Under the pieces are notes generated by a model that did no database searches, was not told the origin of the DNA, and was given only the letters and a program-made list of their open reading frames with translations. A DNA stretch of 64,000 nt from the human T2T-CHM13v2.0 reference genome, Homo sapiens. A program made the position numbers and the translations under genes. This document shows positions 57,408 to 64,000 of this stretch, one piece after another (the stretch's first letter is position 1; each line of letters starts with the position of its first letter). Where the stretch lies: NCBI RefSeq assembly GCF_009914755.1, contig NC_060926.1. One strand, 5' to 3'.

Positions 57408-57625
57408 CAGGGTTGGCAAACTACAACCAGTAAAAGACATCCAGTCCTCCATCTATTATAACAACATTGTATTGGAAAACAACCACACTCATTCATTTAT
57501 GTATTTTTCGATGGTTGTTCTCATGCTAAAAGAGCAGAATTGAGTAGTTGTAAGAGACCAAATGGCAAGAAAATACCAATTTATTTTTTCTCTGGCCCTT
57601 TACAGAAAATGTTTGCCATTTCTTG
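57408..57625. mobile_element. MER58A hAT-Charlie MITE
   Basis: cagggttggcaaacta...cattcatttatgtatt...gcagaattgagtagttg...tctggccctttacagaaaatgtttgcc. Confidence 0.88.
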
Positions 57626-57788
57626 CAAAGGTGCTAGGGCAGAGAAAATAGTACTTTCTGGATATGTGAAATTTTTAAGGGAATTTCATACAGTTTAATT
57701 AAGTTTTCCCTTTTATAAAATATAGCCTTCTCTAACACCTTAGAACAGTTAATATAGATCTATCTTTAAACGTACATTTTTTTCTGCC

Positions 57789-58082
57789 TTTTTTTTTTTT
57801 TTTTTTGAGACGGACTCTCGCTCTTTCGCCAGGTTGGAGTACAGTGGTGAGATCTTGGCTCACTGCAACCTCCACCTCCCAGTTCAAGTGATTCACCTGC
57901 CTGTCTCCAGAATAGCTGGAATTACAGGCATGTGCCACCACGCCCAGCTAATTTTTGTATTTTTACTAGAGACTGCGTTTCACCATGTTGGCCAGGATGG
58001 TCTCGATCTCTTGACCTCGTGATCCGCCCGCCTCGGCCTCCCAAAGTTCTGGGAATACAGGCATGAGCCGCCGCGCCCAGCC
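57789..58082 (-). mobile_element. AluSc
   Basis: tcgccagg and ccaggatggtctcgatctcttgacctcgtg diagnostics; TSD tctgcc. Confidence 0.93.
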
Positions 58083-59008
58083 TCTGCCACTTTTAAAAAG
58101 TATATCCAAAATGATTTAAATTTTACTTAATGATTATTTAAATCCTGTTTGATTTTTTATTATGAAGTACTGTACTTATGCTGTGCTAGAGATATTCAGA
58201 GTAATTCAGAGAATATTCAAGGTAAACAGAGTAAATGAGCACTTATTCTAGGAACAGGCAGGCACTTGCTTTAAAAAATAAAGAAATAAAATAATCTGAT
58301 GTTAGCTATGGTTTGCACACTTGTTTCTTTATACTAAAGGTAAAGTGAAGGACATAGAACCTTGTTTCTCTGTAAGGCTGTCTTTCTGAAAAAAACATGA
58401 ATTTTATGATGAAAGATTGAAGTAGACTTTTCCCAGGTGGTTTTTCTCTCCCTTCAGGAAATCATTATCATCTTTACTGTTTTTATCCTTATCCTTAGAT
58501 TTGTCATTGGGCATCCAAAACATTTCTTATGACTCCTACATCACTGAAGCAGTGAAAATTAGGCACTTCCTCGTCAGCTTGTACCAGTTTGCCAGTTTCA
58601 CAAGGTGGGAGGCAGATGTGTCTATTGCCATGAAAAAAAAAAGTGATATTTTGGTAAGGACTATATCTTAGAAAATCCTTAAAATTTGATCAAGTAATAT
58701 TTTATTAATATAAAAATGTGGCTTTTTTCTTCTTTTAAGAACATTATAGGCACATTCATGTAAAATTATGAGTGAAACTCTTGTACATTATTTGCATAAT
58801 TTTGATAAAACATTATAGGTAATAATATTTTATAGATAGAAATATACACTGACTTATAAGTTAAACAAGTGAGGAAAAATTGGGAAATGCAAAAATGGTA
58901 AAATAACAATATCTTATTAATTTTTCTTTCGCCAAATAAGTTCCTATAGTAAGCTAGCAATAATTTGTTAGCATTGCCAACTCATGTGGCTATAAAATGA
59001 TCTTTTAG

Positions 59009-59320
59009 GGCTGGCTGTGTTGGCTTGCTTCTATAATCTCAGTGTTTTCGGAGGCAAAGGTGGCAGGACTGTTTGCAGCCAGGAGTTCAAGACCAACCTG
59101 GACAACATAGTGAGACCACCATCTCTACAAAAAAATAAAATAAAATAAAAATTAGCTGGGTGTGGTGGTGTGCTCCTATAGTCTCAGCTACTCAGGAGGC
59201 TAATATTGGAGGTTCATTTGAACCCAGTAATTTGAGGTTACAATGAGCTGCAGTCATGCCACTGCACTCTAGCCTGGTTAGCAGAGCAAGACCCGGTCTC
59301 TAAAATAAAAAATAAATATA
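59009..59320 (+). mobile_element. AluJ
   Basis: Diverged Alu with aacatagtgagacc, gttacaatgagc and gcaagacccggtctc J features. Confidence 0.9.
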
Positions 59321-59871
59321 AAATAATATTTCACTGATGAATATATGACTCTGAAAAAATACTTGATTATAGTTTCTTCAAATATACAATGAAAATGATA
59401 AATGTATATATATCACATGATTTTTGTGAGTAAAAATTTGTAAGTCAAGTAGGATGATACCTGGTACATAAATAGCCTTTAGTAGTAGATAGCATTATTA
59501 TTTCATTTGTTTTTTATCAAATGATTATTGAAGAGAATAAACAAATATGAAATATAATTGAGTACTTTTATAATGTTTTTAAATACAAATTAATTATAAA
59601 TCTTATTTTATGAGATTCTGCAATTATAAAATATTTTAAAAAGTAGCATCTAAATATTTAAACATATACATAACTTGTTAATACATGCATGGATAGAAAT
59701 CTAAAAAAGAATTTATTTTACCCATATTTTAAAATGATCAGGAGATCAATTATACAGAAACATATTTTTTATAATGCTGATTTACACATAGTTAACATAT
59801 AGTAACAATAATATTCAATAATTTGTTGATAGGTAAACATGTGATAAATACTATTCTAAGGGCTTATATCT

Positions 59872-60183
59872 TTTTATTTATTTACTTTTACTTTTTATTT
59901 TTTGAGACAGGGTCTCACTCTGTTACCCAGTCTTGAGTGAAGTGGTACGACCACAGTTTACTGCAGCCTTAACCTCCCAGGCTCAAGCAGTCCTGTCACC
60001 TCAGCCTCCTGAGTAGCTAGAACTACAGGCATGCACCACCATGCCTGGTTAATTTTTTAAATTTTTTGTAGATAACATGGTCTTGCTATGTTGCCAGAGG
60101 TGGTCTCCAACTCCCGGACTGAAGTGATCCTCCAACCTTGGCCTCCCAAAATGCAGGGGTTACAGTTGTGAGCCATGGCCCCA
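59872..60183 (-). mobile_element. AluJ inserted in a MIR (MIR about 59810-60365, minus)
   Basis: gagacagggtctcactctgtt...gcagccttaacctcccaggctcaagc; TSD agggct; MIR-like ttccaaatgaagtgactgag downstream. Confidence 0.9.
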
Positions 60184-60449
60184 GGGCTCCTTTTATTTTA
60201 TAATGAAAGATTAGCACATTTGATCTCTAGTACATATTATTTTCTCATGTTTCCAAATGAAGTGACTGAGATATTAAAAAGCTACAAAGATGATTGGGGA
60301 ATTCATAATTCCAATTCAAGCAGTATGTCTCTAGGCCTATGTATCTTATATCAGATCACTCATGGATGTTAATTAACTACTCACACATTTGTTCCATTTT
60401 CAAGTTGAATTTTTTTTCCAAATAAATTCTTCATTTAAAAATAATTTCC

Positions 60450-63400
60450 AGGAGTGATATTAGTAAAACAGCAAACAAAAACTCTAAGTCCTCATTCCTT
60501 CATGAAAACATCAGAAACAAACAGAAATTGACTAACTATCCTTATAGGACCCTGGAAAACAGCCAAAGACCTATAGAAAGCAAGCAAATATTCAATCAAG
60601 AAAAGGCAAATTTTAAACAGTAGACAATTGTACAACATTTTTACTTGCTCTTTTCTTACCCAATTCTTGGCATGGCACAGTTCTGGTCTTGAAGGAGCAG
60701 TAAGGCAGTTTCAAATTCCCTCTCTCAAGCCAAAAGGAGCAAGTTATATTTCATTTGAGATGTTATAAACTGTCTGGGGACTGCCTGAAATACTTATCTC
60801 TGTCTCATCTAACTCAGATCTCAGTCAGGAGAACAAGGTGGCAATGATCAAGAAAGCTGCAGGGGCACTACAGACTCACAGATTCCTGGAGTAAGAGATT
60901 ACAGGAAAAGCATTAAACAGACCATCTAAGCTCCAAGGAGAAGTTGGAATAAGACTTTTCTTGCAAATTAAATCATTCAAAAGCATGTATGTATGTAGGA
61001 GAATTGAAAAGTGACAAGCAGGCCCAGACGAGGCACATGCACGGAAAAATTCTCAGAAGACTTTAAGCTTTTTACTGTGGGCTTATCTCAAGGTGCAAAG
61101 TATGTCCAACATATCAGTAGAGGACTTCTCTGACAAAGAGACAAAATACAAAAATTAGAAAAGGTAGTTTATTTTTGTTTTGTTTTTTCCTCACACTCTC
61201 AATTTTTAACAACAGTAACCAAGAATCACAAAGCCTATAAAGAAATAGAAAAACACATTCCAAGAAACAAAATGAATTTCCAGAAACTATCAAGAGGAAA
61301 CACAAGCATAAAACTTAACATATTTAGATTTCAAACAACTATCTTACATATGTTCAAAGAGCTAAAGAAAAACACAAAAAACTTAAAAAAAACAACAGGA
61401 AAATAATATATATAAAAAAAAGAAATATCAACAAAAAGATAGAAATTTAAAAAAAAATCTGGAGCTGACAACACCATAACTGAGTTGAAAATTTTGTTAG
61501 AGGGAATCAAAGACAAATTTAAGCAAGATGAAGAAAGAATTAGCAAACCTGAGTACAGGACAATTGAAATGATTGAATCAGAGCAATAGAAAAAAAAAAG
61601 GAATGAGGAAAAGTGAACAAAGCTCAAGGAAATTGTGAGATATCAATAAGTGAACTGATATACACATTTAGGAATTTACAGAAAGAGAGAGAAGAAGAAA
61701 GATTATTCAAACAAATAATGGCCAAAAATTTCCCAAGTTTGATAAAATGCATAAATTTACAAATCCAATCTAAGAAGTACAATGAGCTACAAGTAGGATA
61801 CACCTAAAGAGACCCACATCAAGACACATTGTAAGCATACTGTCAAAAACAAAAAACGAAGAAACTCAAAAGCAGTTAGGTTAACTGGGGTGACTACAAC
61901 AGTATCAGACAAAATATACGTTAAAAGAGACAAAGAGAAACATATATTGATAAAATTGTCAATAGACCAGAAAGATATAATAATTATAGACATGTGTGCA
62001 TCAAACGTCAGACATTCAAAATGCATAAGCAAACATTGACAAAATAAATCAAGAAAAATATATTGTTCTACAAAAGTAGTCGGAGACTTCTATACTGTTC
62101 TAGCAATAATGGATAGAATGATCAGACAGAGATCAATAAATAAGTAAAAGACAAATAACAATGTAGACTAATAGAACTTAACATGTATACAGAACACTCA
62201 CTTAATAATAGCAAAATATATACCTCTCTTAAATGCACATGAAACATACTCTAGAATAGATCATATGTCAGGACACAAACAAGTCTTCATAAACTCATAA
62301 ATTGAAAAATAAGTCATAAAAATTATCTTTTTGTATACTATGAAATGAAAATAGATATCAATAACAAAAGAAAAATTAGAAATTCAAAAATATATGAGAA
62401 TTAAACATACACTAAACAAGCAATGGGCGAAGAAGTCCCATGGGAACTTAGAAAATACTTTGAGATTAAGGAAAATGAAAATACAACATAAGGAAACTTA
62501 TGGGATACAGCAAAAGTACTGCTAAGCTGGATATTCATGTCTAATAATACTTACATATAAAAGAAAAAAAAGATGTGAAATCAACAATGAAACCTTATAC
62601 CTTAACCACTAGAAAAAGAAGATTAAAATAAATCCAAACAGAACAAAGAAAAGAGTAATGGATAGAGTGAAGATGAATAAAATAGAGAATAGAAAAACAA
62701 AAAAATCAATGAAATTAAAATTTGGTTCTTCAAAAAGATTAACAAAAATAACAAATTTTAGCTAGATTGAGCAACAAAGAGGAAATGTAAGCTCAGAAAT
62801 GATAAAGGTAATATTAGAAACAAAAGTAGAGTCACTGTTACTGATTTTACAGAAATAAGGCTTAGAAGAGAGTATTATGAACAATTGTAAGCCAATGAAC
62901 TAACTTCGATAATATGAACTGGAAATATACAAACTATCAAGACTGACTCACAAATAAATAGAAAATCTGTATAGACATAACTAGTAAGGAGATTGAACTG
63001 GTACTCCAAACATTTCCAACCAAAAAAAAAAAAAAAAAAAAAGCCCTGGCCCTGAAGACTTCACTGGTGAATTATACAAAACATTTAAAGAAAAATTAAC
63101 ACCAATCATTTGCAAACTCTTCTTAATACATGAAGAGACACAAACACTTCATTCATTCATCCTGTGAGACAAGCATTATCTTGATACCAAAGCCAGAAAA
63201 GACATCCCATGATAATGGATTGGTTGAACTACTATTGTTAGGAGGGCAATACTACTCAAAATCTTCAGACTTAATTTGATCCTTATTGAAATCCCCAAAG
63301 TGTTTTTGCATAAATTAAAAAAATCAATACTAAAATTTGTATGAAATTTCAAAAGACTTTGAATAGTCACAACAATCTTGTAAAGGAAGAACAAAGTTGA

Positions 63401-63743
63401 AGAATTCACACTTCCTGATTTTAAGAATGACTCTTAATGCTACAATAATCAAAACAGTGTGGTACTGGCATAAAGAGAGATATAGAGACCTGTGGAGTTG
63501 AATAGAGAATGCAGAAATAAAATCTATACATAGTCAAATGATTTTTGAAAGGGATGCTAAGACTACTCAGTGCAGAATGAACCGTCTTTTTAACAAATTG
63601 TGGTGGGAAAACTAGTTATCCACATGTAAAAGAATAAAATTGGATCACAGCCTTATGCAACATACCAACATTAAATCAAAATGGATCAAAGACATAAACA
63701 TGGGATCTAAAACTATAAAACACATTTAAAAATAGAGGAAATG
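60450..63743 (+). mobile_element. Old L1M (L1MC/MD-like) with 5'UTR, ORF1 and ORF2 remnants and internal deletions; interrupted by AluYb8
   Basis: A-rich sense strand; ORF1-like FKQIMAKNFPSLIK (61613-61807); EN-region gtcggagacttc; cttcactggtgaatt; cacacttcctgatttt...cagtgtggtactggcat. Confidence 0.85.

Positions 63744-64000
<257 letters not shown>

Overview
AT-rich, CpG-depleted primate genomic DNA, intronic or intergenic. It is almost certainly human, because a diagnostic AluYb8 sits at the right edge. I find no protein-coding gene, RNA gene or CpG island. The only ORFs with recognisable products are LINE-1 ORF2p remnants; the rest are Alu/LTR translations or chance ORFs. Much of the window is interspersed repeat: 13 Alus, L1s of several ages, MaLR/ERV LTRs (MST, THE1C, THE1D, MLT1, MER34, LTR9-like, LTR47), DNA transposons (MER2, MER5, MER33, MER58, MER102, MADE1, MADE2) and old MIR/L2/L3 fragments. 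I cannot support a novel multi-gene system. The most notable structures are (1) an old direct duplication of apparently non-repeat DNA with a ~1.6 kb offset (11.4-13.7 kb) and asymmetric octamer and splice-donor motifs, (2) two 5'-inverted (twin-primed) L1s of very different age, (3) a THE1D provirus whose internal deletion appears to fall at GT-AG boundaries, (4) a full-length MADE1 hairpin and (5) the young AluYb8. Subfamily names come from recalled consensus sequences and boundaries of old repeats are approximate; RepeatMasker/Dfam should confirm them.
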